Below the pieces are notes generated by a model, which was not told the origin of the DNA, did no database searches, and saw nothing but the letters and a program-made list of their open reading frames with translations. Source: Pecten maximus (lineage: Eukaryota). From it: a DNA stretch of 64,000 nucleotides. Shown one piece after another: positions 12,355-24,609 of this stretch (positions are counted from its first letter, which is position 1; each line of letters opens with the position of its first letter). A program made the translations under genes and the position numbers. The stretch covers positions 12,524,001-12,588,000 of the forward strand of contig NC_047015.1 of assembly GCF_902652985.1 (NCBI RefSeq), read 5' to 3'.

Positions 12355-12866
12355 TTCAGTTCAGGTAAGGATGTATGTAGACATTTAGTATACCTGTAAA
12401 ATTAGCAACCTGTTCAAACAAAAGAGTTTATAAACTTGTGTAAAATGTACAATGCTTAAAAATACTGTACCTTTATCAGGTATTTTATTTTTCTTTATCA
12501 TTTTGATAAAAAAAAAATACAAGAAAATTAGAATTTCTCATATCAAAGTCTTAATGGTGTGTACTGGAATCTATTGGAAATCCTACAAAAAGTAATTTTG
12601 ATTGTCTTTTGACATTTTTGTAAGTAAGAGCTTTTGTCAATTTTTAACAATGTTAAGTTGTGAAGTGTTTACAATCGAGTGGTTTTTATTGGCCTTGAAA
12701 TAATTTATAGAACTTGTATTACTGTATGAAGGATATATAATTCTAACTTGATGGTGGAATTTCCCACCATATTCTCTAATATGAAAATAATTTGTATAAT
12801 TATAAGCATAAAATTTTGAAAAAAATGGAGATTTGTAATGACTCTTACTGCATTACCAGTAGTTTA

Positions 12867-15775
12867 TTAGCTCACCTGCCGTGGTGCGTTTAAACACAGA
12901 CTTGATATTGGGCCTGTAGCATGCTCTGGTGAAGGGCTACAAAGTTTGTTCAAATAAATGACCTTTACCTTCATTCAAGGTCATGTTGGTCTAATAGGCT
13001 ATAATCTTCAAACGACTTCTTCTCATTAACCAAGAGGCCCATGGTCTTGATATTGGGCCTGTAGCATGCTGGGGTGAAGGCTACAAAGTTTGTTCAAATA
13101 AATGACCTTGACCTTCATTTAAGGTCACATGGGTCAAATAGGCCATAATTTTCAAACGACTTCTCAATAACTAAGAGGCCCTGGGACTTGATATTGGGTC
13201 TGCAGCATGCTGGGGTGAAGCGCTACAAAGTTTGTTCAAATAAATGACCTTGGCCTTCATTCAAGGTCACATGGATCAAATAGGCTATAATTTTCAAACA
13301 ACTTCTTCTCAATAACCAAGAGGCCCAGAGACTTGATATTGGGCCTGTAGCATGCTCAGGTAAAGGGCTACAAAGTTTGTTCAAATGAATGACCTTAACC
13401 TTCATTCAAGGTCACATTGGTCAAATACACTTTTATCTTCAAACGACTTCTTCTCAATAACCAAGAGGCCCAGGGACTTGATATTGGGCCTGTAGCATGC
13501 TTGGGTGAAGGGCTACAAAGTTTGTTCAAATAAATTACCTTGACCTTCATTCAAGGTCACATAGGTCAAATAGGCTATAATCTTCAAACGACTTCTTCTC
13601 AATAACTAAGAGGCCCAGGGACTTGATATTGGGCCTGTAGCATGCTTGGGTGAAGGGCTACAGAGTTTGTTCAAATAAATTACATTGACCTTCATTCAAG
13701 GTCACATGGGTCAAATAGACTATAATCTTCAAACAACTTCTTCTCAATAACCAAGAGGCCCAGGGACTTGATATTGGGCCAATAGCATGCTGGGGTGAAG
13801 GGCTACAAAGTTTGTTCAAATAAATGACCTTGACCTTCATTCAAGGTCACATGGGTCAAATAGGCTATAATCTTCAAACGACTTCTTCTCAATAACCAAG
13901 AGGCCCTGGGACTTGATATTGGGCCTGTAGCATGCTGAGGTGAAGGGCTACCAAGTTTGTTCAAATAAATGACCTTGACCTTCATTCAAGGTCACATGGG
14001 TCAAATAGGCTATAATCTTCAAACAACTTCTTCTCAATAACCAAGAGGCTCAGAGACTTGATATTGGGCCTGTAGCATGCTCTGGTGAAGGGCTACAAAG
14101 TTTGTTCAAATAAATGACCTTTACCTTCATTCAAGGTCATGTTGGTCTAATAGGCTATAATCTTCAAACGACTTCTTCTCATTAACCAAGAGGCCCATGG
14201 TCTTGATATTGGGCCTGTAGCATGCTGGGGTGAAGGCTACAAAGTTTGTTCAAATAAATGACCTTGACCTTCATTTAAGGTCACATGGGTCAAATAGGCC
14301 ATAATTTTCAAACGACTTCTCAATAACTAAGAGGCCCTGGGACTTGATATTGGGTCTGCAGCATGCTGGGGTGAAGCGCTACAAAGTTTGTTCAAATAAA
14401 TGACCTTGGCCTTCATTCAAGGTCACATGGATCAAATAGGCTATAATTTTCAAACAACTTCTTCTCAATAACCAAGAGGCCCAGAGACTTGATATTGGGC
14501 CTGTAGCATGCTCAGGTAAAGGGCTACAAAGTTTGTTCAAATGAATGACCTTAACCTTCATTCAAGGTCACATTGGTCAAATACACTTTTATCTTCAAAC
14601 GACTTCTTCTCAATAACCAAGAGGCCCAGGGACTTGATATTGGGCCTGTAGCATGCTTGGGTGAAGGGCTACAAAGTTTGTTCAAATAAATCACCTTGAC
14701 CTTCATTCAAGGACACATGGGTCAAATAGGCTATAATCTTCAAACGACTTCTTCTCAATAACTAAGAGGCCCAGGGACTTGATATTGGGCCTGTAGCATG
14801 CTTGGGTGAAGGGCTACAGAGTTTGTTCAAATAAATTACATTGACCTTCATTCAAGGTCACATGGGTCAAATAGACTATAATCTTCAAACAACTTCTTCT
14901 CAATAACCAAGAGGCCCAGGGACTTGATATTGGGCCAATAGCATGCTGGGGTGAAGGGCTACAAAGTTTGTTCAAATAAATGACCTTGACCTTCATTCAA
15001 GGTCACATGGGTCAAATAGGCTATAATCTTCAAACAACTTCTTCTCAATAACCAAGAGGCTCAGAGACTTGATATTGGGCCTGTAGCATGCTCTGGTGAA
15101 GGGCTACAAAGTTTGTTCAAATAAATGACCTTGACCTTCATTCAAGGTCATGTGGGTCTAATAGGCTATAATCTTCAAACAACTTCTTCTCATTAACCAA
15201 GAGGCCCATGGTCTTGATATTTTGGGCATGTAGCATGCTGGGGTGAAGGCTACAAAGTTTGTTCAAATAAATGACCTTGACCTTCATTTAAGGTCACATG
15301 GGTCAAATAGGCTATAATTTTCAAACGACTTCTCAATAACTAAGAGGCCCAGGGACTTGATATTGGGTCTGCAGCATGCTGGGGTGAAGCGCTACAAATT
15401 TTGTTCAAATAAATGACCTTGGCCTTCATTCAAGGTCACATGGGTCAAATAGGCTATAATCTTCAAACAACTGCTTCTCAATAACCAAGAGGCCCAGAGA
15501 CTTGATATTGGGCCTGTAGCATGCTCAGGTAAAGGGCTACAAAGTTTGTTCAAATGAATGACCTTAACCTTCATTCAAGGTCACATTGGTCAAATACACT
15601 TTTATCTTCAAACGACTTCTTCTCAATAACCAAGAGGCCCAGGGACTTGATATTGGGCCTGTAGCACGCTTGGTTGAAGCTTCATATTCATATTTGAATA
15701 AAGAGGTAATCAGCATAGTATCTGTAGAAATGACCTCGATCAACTTCAAAGTTGCTGCCATTGGGCCTCTTGTTT
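12867..15775 (+). mobile_element. HINE-type element carrying about 19 copies of a 145-bp satellite
   Basis: Starts TTAGCTCACCTG and ends GGGCCTCTTGTT. 145-bp unit ACTTGATATTGGGCCTGTAGCATGC...GACCTTCATTCAAGGTCAC. Confidence 0.85.
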
Positions 15776-15999
15776 AAACTTCTTCTCAAGTTTCCCCAGT
15801 GGGATTCAGCTCTAACTTACCTGAAATGATCCTGAGATGGTCCTGATGAAGTGTTGTTATTTTTTGGGTCAGTGCAAAAGCCAGAATGGCCTCCATGGCC
15901 AACAGTATAAGGGTCTTTAGAGTCAGTATTTTTCTTTAATCAACCATGGTTTACTTGTTAATTCTTTTAGAACAACACAAACTTCTTATTAATTGTTTA

Positions 16000-16840
16000 G
16001 CTATAGTTCACCTACTGATGTTGGGGTGGTTCACCTACTGATGTAGGATGGATTTGGTTCACATATTGATGTAGTTCACTTGCTGATGTAGGATGGATGT
16101 GGTTCACATACTGATGTAGGATGGATTTGGTTCACATATTGATGTAGTTCTCTTTCTGATGTAGGATGGATGTGGTTCACATACTAATTTTTTTAGGTTA
16201 GTTTTTCTTTTTTTAAGCTACTATGATTTACTTGTAAATTCTTTTAGAACATACATATACGTCTTATTAATTGTTAAACTAAGGTTCAAATACTGATGTA
16301 CATGTAGGTTATATATGGTTCAGGTACTGATGTAGGATTAAAGTGTTTTATTTACTAAGGCAGGATGGATGTGGTTCACTTACTGATGTAGGATGGATGT
16401 TGTTCATTACCAATGTAGAAGGTGGTTCTTTAACTTTTTTAAGGTCATTATTTTTTTTAAGCTACTATGGTTTACTTGTAAATTCTTTTAGAACATACAC
16501 TCTTACTTATTAATTGTTTAACTATGGTTCACATACTGATGTAGGAGATGGTTCACATACTGATGTAGGAGATGATTCACATACTGATGTAGGAGATGGT
16601 TCACATACTGATGTAGGAGATGATTCACATACTGATGTAGGAGATGGTTCACATACTGATGTAGGAGATGGTTCACATACTGATGTAGGAGATGGTTCAC
16701 TGACTGATGTAGGAGATGATTCACATACTGATGTAGGAGATGGTTCACATACTGATGTAGGAGATGGTTCACTGACTGATGTGGGAGATGGTTCACTGAC
16801 TGATGTAGGAGATGGTTCACTGACTGATGTAGGAAGTAGT
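16000..16840 (+). repeat. 24-bp minisatellite (GGTTCACATACTGATGTAGGAGAT), near-perfect at 16527-16840
   Basis: Direct tandem repeat; explains the spurious HTDVGDGS ORF. Confidence 0.9.
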
Positions 16841-17195
16841 TCATATTTTTATGTAGGGTGTTGGGTATTATAAACGAGCCTGTCCCATTAAACATTAGTT
16901 CTGTGTGTGTTATTGTACAGCATTTGTTTCTATTTTTGATTGTGACACTAACAAATTAGTTTGTTTTAATCAATCCTTTAAAATGGAGCTATGGACTTCT
17001 GACATAGTCATAATCATGGATTTTGATGGTGATTGAGAAACGATAACCTCGTACCATATTTTATTACGAATCAAACATGGACCGTACATTGAAGTTATGT
17101 GAACTGTATTGGAAATAAAGGAATAGAAATGTGGCTTAATTCAACATCATTTTGTTAGCTCACCTGATCCAAAGGGCCGGTGAGCTTATGCCATG

Positions 17196-18028
17196 TAGCC
17201 CGAGTTTCCTCTGGCCCTGTCACCATGTCTGGTGTAGGGCCAGAGCGCACTACTATATGAAAACGTGGAATTATCCGACACCGTTTGGTGTCGCTAAGAA
17301 TTTGATGCAAAAACAATAAAATCGGGTGTGACATAACACCTACCTTACATATATGGATAAATGAGATATTTATGTACCCCAAAACACCCATTTAGTCGCA
17401 TCTAGGTGTTTTATTTCGTCCGTACAGGCCCTCGCTTTACGCTAGTCAAAATTTCATACTGTTGACCCGCCATTTTGTAAGTGACAGTACGACTAACCAC
17501 CCAAATCGGAACGCAATGGACCGAAAAGACCACATATCATTTATTGTGTTTTTCTTCTTACAAAGTTTAAATTATGAAAAATAAGTTGATTATTTCCCAA
17601 AAGATGTTATATTCCATTAAAAAAATCATTATTTATAAATTATAAGCGGTAAAATATATAAAAATAAATGTTGTATTTTTTTTTTCTTTTCGCTCCATCG
17701 CGCACAGATTAGGGTAATTAGGCGGACCGCGACCTACATAGTTAGCAATATGGCGTCGAGTCAAGTATGAAATTTTGACTAGTGTAAAGTGAGGGTCTAT
17801 ACGGACGGAATAAAACACCTAGATGAGACTAAATGGGTGTTTTGGGGTACATAAACATCTCATTTATCCATATATGTAAGGTAGGTGTTATGTCACACCC
17901 GATTTTATTGTTTTTGCATCAAATTCTTAGCGACACCAAACGGTGTCGGATAATTCCACGTTTTCATATAGTAGTGCGCTCTGGCCCTACACCAGACATG
18001 GTGACAGGGCCAGAGAAAACTCGGGCTA
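17196..18028. mobile_element. Second copy (inverted) of the 833-bp long-TIR MITE with an 8-bp TSD, nested in a HINE 5' end
   Basis: ATGCCATG at 17188-17195 and 18029-18036. The host sequence TTAGCTCACCTG...GTGAGCTTATGCCATGG...CGTCCGTCC begins at about 17156. Confidence 0.92.
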
Positions 18029-18883
18029 ATGCCATGGTGCAGCGTCCACCGTGCCTCGTCCGTCCGACATCCGTTAACAATTCCTTTAAATCCATACTAA
18101 GGCCTGGATGGATTTTGATGAAATTTGGTCTCGAGCATTATTGGGCAAAAACGGCTCCCCTGGGGCGAGGCCTAGTAGGGGAACTTGAGGGTAATCCTTT
18201 AAATCCCTACTAGTCCTGAACGCTTGAATGGATTTTTACAAAATTTAGTCTTGAGCATAATTGGAGATAAGGGATATCAAACATGTAAACAAAGGATGTG
18301 GTTAAAAGTAGTTTCCATCCATCCTTTGTATGGTTGGATCCTCACTTATTGTATTCATACAAATACGCCGATATACCACAACGTTGGTTAAGTAACTGTC
18401 ATTAGTTGTAGTTGTGTTAAGACCAAAATGAGCCATGGATGTTTTTTTTCAGTGTTTGTTTAGTCTCTACTTAAAACAGTTTACACTTGGTGCCGAGACT
18501 TCATCCTCTGCCAAGTTATTCCAAGGCAAGACACAAATGACGAAGGAAGACAATTTTATGACTCGTGCCCTGACCGGGCCTCCATCTCACGATCTATGGC
18601 ACCAAATGGCCTAGCCAGAAATACTCACAGCTTAATATACCGCTGTGCCACATCCACATTCTTAAAAGGAACGTTTCCACGGCACAGTGATGGTCAACCC
18701 GATAACTTGTCATTATCATAGTGACAAGTCGTCTATAAGATGATATGAATACCTGGATCGCAATGTATAATTGTACATTCATCACCGTACAACTACGACA
18801 GGAAATTCGAATTTTTACCTTCAGATCACCAGCTCATATATATGATAAATGAAGTCAAGTCCTTGCCAAGGGTTAACTGTAAG

Positions 18884-19008
18884 GAAAATAAAACAAAATC
18901 CAAAATGTACCGTGAGGTCTTTCTGTCCTCTCCGGCTACTTCGGGCGCCTAAAGATGCCGAAGAGGGCAGAAAGGCCTTATGGTAAATGTGGGTCTTGTT
19001 TTATTTTC
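18884..19008. repeat. Imperfect hairpin (arms about 53 bp), likely an internal palindrome of an old non-autonomous DNA element
   Basis: GAAAATAAAACAA...CTTTCTGTCCTCTCCGGC / GCCGAAGAGGGCAGAAAG...TTGTTTTATTTTC. Confidence 0.7.
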
Positions 19009-19544
19009 TTATATCCCATAAACGGTATAGACATTTACCAATAAGCCGACACACATCGGAATGCAATGACGACTTTTTTTCAAATCTTCCCATCGTATAG
19101 TTTTTCATCTGAAACCAATCGGATGCAAAGAGAGGCTAAAGAATCTGAAATTTTGAACATTTTAAAACCGGTGTAACGAAGAATACATTTATTTTGTTGA
19201 GGAAGTTATTCGTTGCATTTTAATGCCCACTTCAATGATGCGGACACGGATACCTCGAAATTACAAAACCTTGCAACCAAGAGCGCAAAACTCACAATAA
19301 ATCAATCCCGCTCTTTTTATGTATACATTATTTGTATTTACAATATCATATTTGAATCAGAATAAATATCGAACTGTGTTGTATTATCGTGAACACCGCT
19401 GGTAAAGCGCCCTAACACCCAGTTGTTCAAAAGGTGATCTTATTTCTCCTTTACTATAAAATCTGCGTGCGTGTGTGTGAAATTATATCTGTGACATGAT
19501 TATGTCCTCAAGAAATTTACAGAGGTTACTGTTTAACCACAGGC

Positions 19545-20200
19545 ATGTCTGTATATAACTTTGAAAATATATAAATCCACGGAAATGCCTGTATATAACT
19601 TTGAAAATATACAAATTCACGGAAATGCCTGTATATAACTTTTAAAAAAGAAATATAAATCCACGGAAACCTAGGTATATTACTTTGAAAACGATATATA
19701 AATCCGCCTACACGCATGCATATAACTTTGAAAATCCACTGAAATTCCTGCATTAAACTCTGAAAAACGATATATAAATCCATGGACACCTAGGTATATA
19801 ACTGAAAAAAATAGCTTTGAAAATATATAGAATCCACGCACGTGTGAATTTCCTGTCGTAGTTGTACCGAGAGAAATATAAATAAAAAAACATGTGTATA
19901 TATATATATAGAAAATGTTTAAGTTGACGACATGCAAGTAAAATATATATATTACTGATACAATGTAATTGACAAAAGAAGACGTTACATTATGCACCTG
20001 AAGATCTAATAGAGTGAAAGCGCTAGTGCAAAATGTAAAGTCTTTTGTCAATTGTCAAATTTATATATATATATATATGTATATTATATCACATTGTAAA
20101 TATATAAATTCACGGAAATGTCTATATAACCTTGAAAATATATGAATCCATGCACATATCTGTATTTCACTTTGAAAAAGAAATATATATCCAGGGACAC
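19545..20200 (+). repeat. Degenerate minisatellite of about 40 bp
   Basis: ATATAACTTTGAAAATATATAAATCCACGGAAATGCCTGT-like units, interrupted. Confidence 0.7.
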
Positions 20201-20204
20201 GTAC

Positions 20205-20720
20205 GTAAGAATTGTACCTGCTGCCCCCATTGCATGATCGTAAGAGGCGACTAAACTTGGGATCTTATCTTTTCTCTTCTTTCTTGATAACTTTCTTCTT
20301 CCTAATGTCTCCCTTGACAATGCCTCACTTTTGGCCTTTAGTTGAGCGTTCGCCGCTGTGAGGAAGGCTTTGGGTTCTGTACCCTAGCCGAAACATACCA
20401 GAGTCTATAAAAATGGTAGTAGCTACTCCTGCTTATCGCTCAGCATATTTGGAGTGGGACGACTGGTTGGCCCGTTGTCAGTATAATGTGACCGGGTGGG
20501 GTGTGCTGCTTGGTGTCTTCGGCAGTATGCTTCAGTGAGATAGCACTTTAAATCGGCAAAAGTTCCGGCCTATCACAAGGAGACTTAACACGAACATACC
20601 ACAGCCTCCCAAAACACACATACGCACCCACCACACACATGCATGTCGCACGCACGGGAGGCCGTCCTTAAATGACCTTGGCTGTTAATAGGACGTTAAA
20701 CAAAATAAACCAAACCAAAC
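20205..20720 (+). mobile_element. 5'-truncated composite SINE (Meta-domain-like, internal tRNA-like remnant, Nin/Deu-domain-like, AAACC tail)
   Basis: TTGCATGATCGTAAGAGGCGACTAAA; TAGTTGAGCG..GGGTTCTGTACC box-like remnants; GACTGGTTGGCCCGTTGTCAGTATAATGTGAC; tail AAACCAAACCAAAC; short ACGTAC direct repeat at the flanks. Confidence 0.75.
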
Positions 20721-21072
20721 GTACTTATATAACTTAATGATTTATAAAAGTCCGTGATAAATCAAATAATGCATTTGCCAACTTTCAAACAAGTGTTATT
20801 TGTCCCGATACAATGAAACCCTGTGTAAAGCTTAATTTCTATTTGAATGCCATTCAACATCATACGTGGAAATTTTCTCCATATTTACTCTGCAACATGC
20901 CAAATAAATGAGAAATTCTAATGGATTAATCTTGGAAATGGGTAATGATATCACGTAAAGATGTGTTAAATCCTCTGTATATTTATTTACAAATCACATC
21001 GATTAAATGGTCAATTTGTAGCGTACAGCAGCATACCTGGTTATGCCCCCTGTTACAACAGTCACCACCTGG

Positions 21073-21093
21073 TGACGTGTATCGGAGTATAAA
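21073..21093 (+). promoter_or_regulatory. TATA box (21088) with upstream TGACGTG element, conserved 64 bp before the ATG of all four ARF copies
   Basis: CACCTGGTGACGTGTATCGGAGTATAAATACC is identical upstream of 21152, 27627, 31663 and 35920. Confidence 0.6.
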
Positions 21094-21151
21094 TACCACA
21101 GGTACACAATACACTAGGTAATGTGTAAGGGCCGGGTGTCTGTCCGCAGCA

Positions 21152-21799
21152 ATGGGAGGCATATTCGGTAAGTTATCCCGGAAACGTCAAATGAGAGTGT
21201 TGTTAAACGGGCTTGATGCTGCAGGTAAAACAACAACTCTATACAAACTCAGACTGGGGGAAGTCGTCACGACAATTCCTACAATCGGTTTGAACATTGA
21301 GACGGTGGAGTGTAAAAAAATACAGTTGGTGACTTGGGACATTGGAGGCAGGGGCTTCTTGCGGCCCCTATATAGAAATTACTATGCCGAGACTGATGCG
21401 GTTGTTTTTGTGGTTGACAGCAATGATAAAGTACGAACTGAACAAGCCCAGAAGCTACTTCTCGCTATCGTGAATGAAGACATGCTCAAGAAAGTGATTA
21501 TTGTCATAATGGCTAACAAACAGGATTTACCCGGATCTATGACTCCAGAGGAGGTCCACGAGAAACTGGACGTGGATTCTATCTGTAAAACTCACACGTG
21601 TAAAGTGTTTGGTACCTCAGCCACCACCGGTGAGGGACTGTATGACATGCTCGATTGGCTTGTAGAGGCTGTCAATAAGAAACAAGCAACAGCGTTACTG
21701 AGAGGAAAGGACGAGTGTGTAACTGTTGAAAAGGATTCTAAGTCATCATACTTTACAACGCCTTTGTCATATATCAAACACGTGTTTTCAAAAGTGTAA
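21152..21799 (+). CDS. Intronless ADP-ribosylation factor-like small GTPase, copy 1 (215 aa, most divergent)
   Basis: MG myristoylation start, GLDAAGKT P-loop, PTIG switch I, WDIGGR (G3), NKQD (G4), TSAT (G5). Confidence 0.95.
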   Translation: MGGIFGKLSRKRQMRVLLNGLDAAGKTTTLYKLRLGEVVTTIPTIGLNIETVECKKIQLVTWDIGGRGFLRPLYRNYYAETDAVVFVVDSNDKVRTEQAQKLLLAIVNEDMLKKVIIVIMANKQDLPGSMTPEEVHEKLDVDSICKTHTCKVFGTSATTGEGLYDMLDWLVEAVNKKQATALLRGKDECVTVEKDSKSSYFTTPLSYIKHVFSKV

Positions 21800-21887
21800 G
21801 GAAAGTTAAGTTCGATTATATCACCAACGTCACAGTCACAATACTGGAATAATTTACATATGGCCATTTTTAGTTTAAGCTGTATTT

Positions 21888-24013
21888 TTAGCCCACCATC
21901 ATCAGATGGTGGGCTATTCAAATCGCCCTGCGTCCGTGGTCCGTCGTCCGTCCGTCCGTCCGTCCGTCCTTAAACAATTCTTGTTATCGCTAATCCTCAG
22001 AAAGCACTGAAGAGATCTTTCTCAAACTTCATATGTAGGTTCCCCTTGGTGCCTAGTTATGCATATTGCATTTTGGGACCGATATAAAAACAACATGGCC
22101 GACAGGCAGCCATCTTGGATTTTGACAATTGAAGTTTGTTATCGCTATTTCTGAGAAAGTACTGAAGGGATCTTTCTCAAATTTCATATGTAGGTTCCCC
22201 TTGGTGCCTAGTTATGCATATTGCATTTTGGGACCGATCGGAAAACAACATGGCCGACAGGCAGCCATCTTGGATTTTGACCATTGAAGTTTGTTATCGC
22301 TATTTCTGAGAAAGTACAGAAGGGATCTTTCTCAAATTTCATATGTAGGTTCCCCTTGGTGCCTAGTTATGCATATTGCATGTTGGGACCGATCGAAAAA
22401 CAAGATGTCCGACAGGCAGCCATCTTGGATTTTGACCATTGAAGTTTGTTATCGCTATTTCTGAGAAAGTACTGAAGGGATCTTTCTCAAATTTCATATG
22501 TGGGTTCCCCTTGGTGCCTAGTTATGCATATTGCATTTTGAGACCAATCGTAAAACAACATGGCCGACAGGCAGCCATCTTGGATTTTGACAATTGAAGT
22601 TTGTTATGGCTATTTCTGAGAAAGTACCCAAGGGATCTTTCTCAAATTTCATATGTAGATTCCCCTTGGTGCCTAGTTATGCATATTGCATTTTGAGACC
22701 AATCGGAAAACAACATGGCCGACAGGCAGCCATCTTGGATTTTGACAATTGAAGTTTGTTATCGCTATTTCTGAGAAAGTACTGAAGGGATCTTTCTCAA
22801 ATTTCATATGTAGGTTTCCCTTGGTGCTTAGTTATGCATATTGCATTTTGAGACCTATCGGAAAACAACATGGCCGACAGGCAGCCATCTTGGATTTTGA
22901 CAATTGAAGTTTGTTATCGCTATTTCTGAGGAAGTACTGAAGGGATCTTTCTCAAATTTCATATGTAGATTCCCCTTGGTGCCTAGTTATGCATATTGCA
23001 TTTTGAGATCAATCGGAAAGCAACATGGCCGACAGGCAGCCATCTTGGATTTTGACAATTGAAGTTTGTTATCGCTATTTCTCAGAAAGCACAAAAGGGA
23101 TCGTTCTCAAATTTCAGATGTAGGTTCCTCTTGGTGCCTAGTTATACATATTGCATTTTGAGACCAATCGGAAAACAACATGGCCGACAGGCAGCCATCT
23201 TTGATTTTGACAATTGAAGATTGTTATCGCTATTTCTCAGAAAGTAATGAAGGGATCTTTCTCAAATTTCATATGTAGGTTTCCCTCGGTGCCTAGTTAT
23301 GCATATTGCATTTTGAGACCAATCGGAAAACAACATGGCCGACAGGCAGCCATCTTGGATTTTGACAATTGAAGTTTGTTATCGCTATTTCTGAGAAAGT
23401 ACTGAAGGGATCTTTCTCAAATTTCATATATATGTTCCCCTTGGTGCCTAGTTATGCATATTGTATTTTGAGACCAATCGGAAAACAACATGGCCGACAG
23501 GCAGCCATCTTGGATTTTGACAATTGAAGTTTGTTATCGCTAATTCTCAGAAAGCACAAAAGGGATCTTTCTCAAATTTCAGATGTAGGTTCCTCTTGGT
23601 GCCTAGTTATGCATATTGCATTTTGAGACCAATCGGAAAACAACATGGCCGACAGGCAGCCATCTTGGATTTTGACAATTGAAGTTTGTTATCGCTATTT
23701 CTCAGAAAGTAATGAAGGGATCTTTCTCAAATTTTATATGTAGGTTCCCCTCAGTGCCTAGCTATATATAGTTTTGCATATTGGGACCAATCGGAAAACA
23801 ACATGGCCGACAGACCGCCATTATCGCTAAATCTTAAATTTTATATATAGGTTCCCCTTGTTGGAAAAATACTAGCTATAGAGGGCTGTTTCTGAATTTA
23901 CACAGATTAGTAAGACTTAGAGGAAGGGAAAAGTAGAGAAAAGATCAATCTGACATGGAACCTATAAAGATCATTCAATGGTGGGCGCCAAGATCCCTCT
24001 GGGATCTCTTGTT
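21888..24013 (+). mobile_element. Full-length HINE-type element with about 12 copies of the 155-bp repeat, inserted about 90 bp downstream of ARF copy 1
   Basis: TTAGCCCACCATCATCAGATGGTGGGCT, (GTCC)n, array, 3' stem-loop CCAAGATCCCTCTGGGATCTCTTGTT. Absent at the paralogous T-run after copies 2-4. Confidence 0.92.
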
Positions 24014-24225
24014 TTCAATAGTATATGTATGTTATAAATTGATTTACTAGTATCCTACTTGGTACTTGTATATTGTTACATGTATATGGTTTTGTTTCAT
24101 TTACTTACTGATTCTTGTTTTGATCATGATACTGTTGACCACATGAAATTGCATTATCTTACTACATGTATTATCTTATTTCAATATCATGTTATGTTTG
24201 TTATTTTATCAAAAGATACATTAAA

Positions 24226-24600
24226 GGATCTATATGTCCCATTATTTGTAATTAACCTGATGTTATAGGATCTAGATCTATATGTCTCAATATTTGTAAT
24301 TAACCTGATGTTATAGGATCTAGATCTATATGTCCCATTATTTGTAATGAACCTGATCTCATAGGATCTAGATCTGTATGTCCCATTATTTGTAATTAAC
24401 CTGATCTCATAGGATCTAGATATATGTCCCATTATTTGTAATTAACCTGATGTTATAGGATCTAGATATATATGTCCCATTATTTGTAATTAACCTGATG
24501 TTATAGGATCTAGATCTATATGTCCCATTATTTGTAATTAACCTGATGTTATAGGATCTAGATCTGTATGTCTCATTATTTGTAATTAACCTGGTGTTAC
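24226..24600 (+). repeat. 48-bp minisatellite (about 8 copies), ARF unit 1
   Basis: AGGATCTAGATCTATATGTCCCATTATTTGTAATTAACCTGATGTTAT. Confidence 0.9.
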
Positions 24601-24609
24601 AAGTTACAG

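Noticed and set aside
16514-16895. HTDVGDGS and NHLLHQYV repeat ORFs
   Set aside because: 24-bp minisatellite open on both strands.
20335-20400. Possible tRNA gene
   Set aside because: Only degenerate A/B-box-like remnants inside a SINE; no cloverleaf.
21121-21171. Conserved out-of-frame uORF overlapping the ARF start codon
   Set aside because: Its ATG lies at or within a few nt of the TSS predicted from the TATA box, and its conservation follows trivially from recent duplication.
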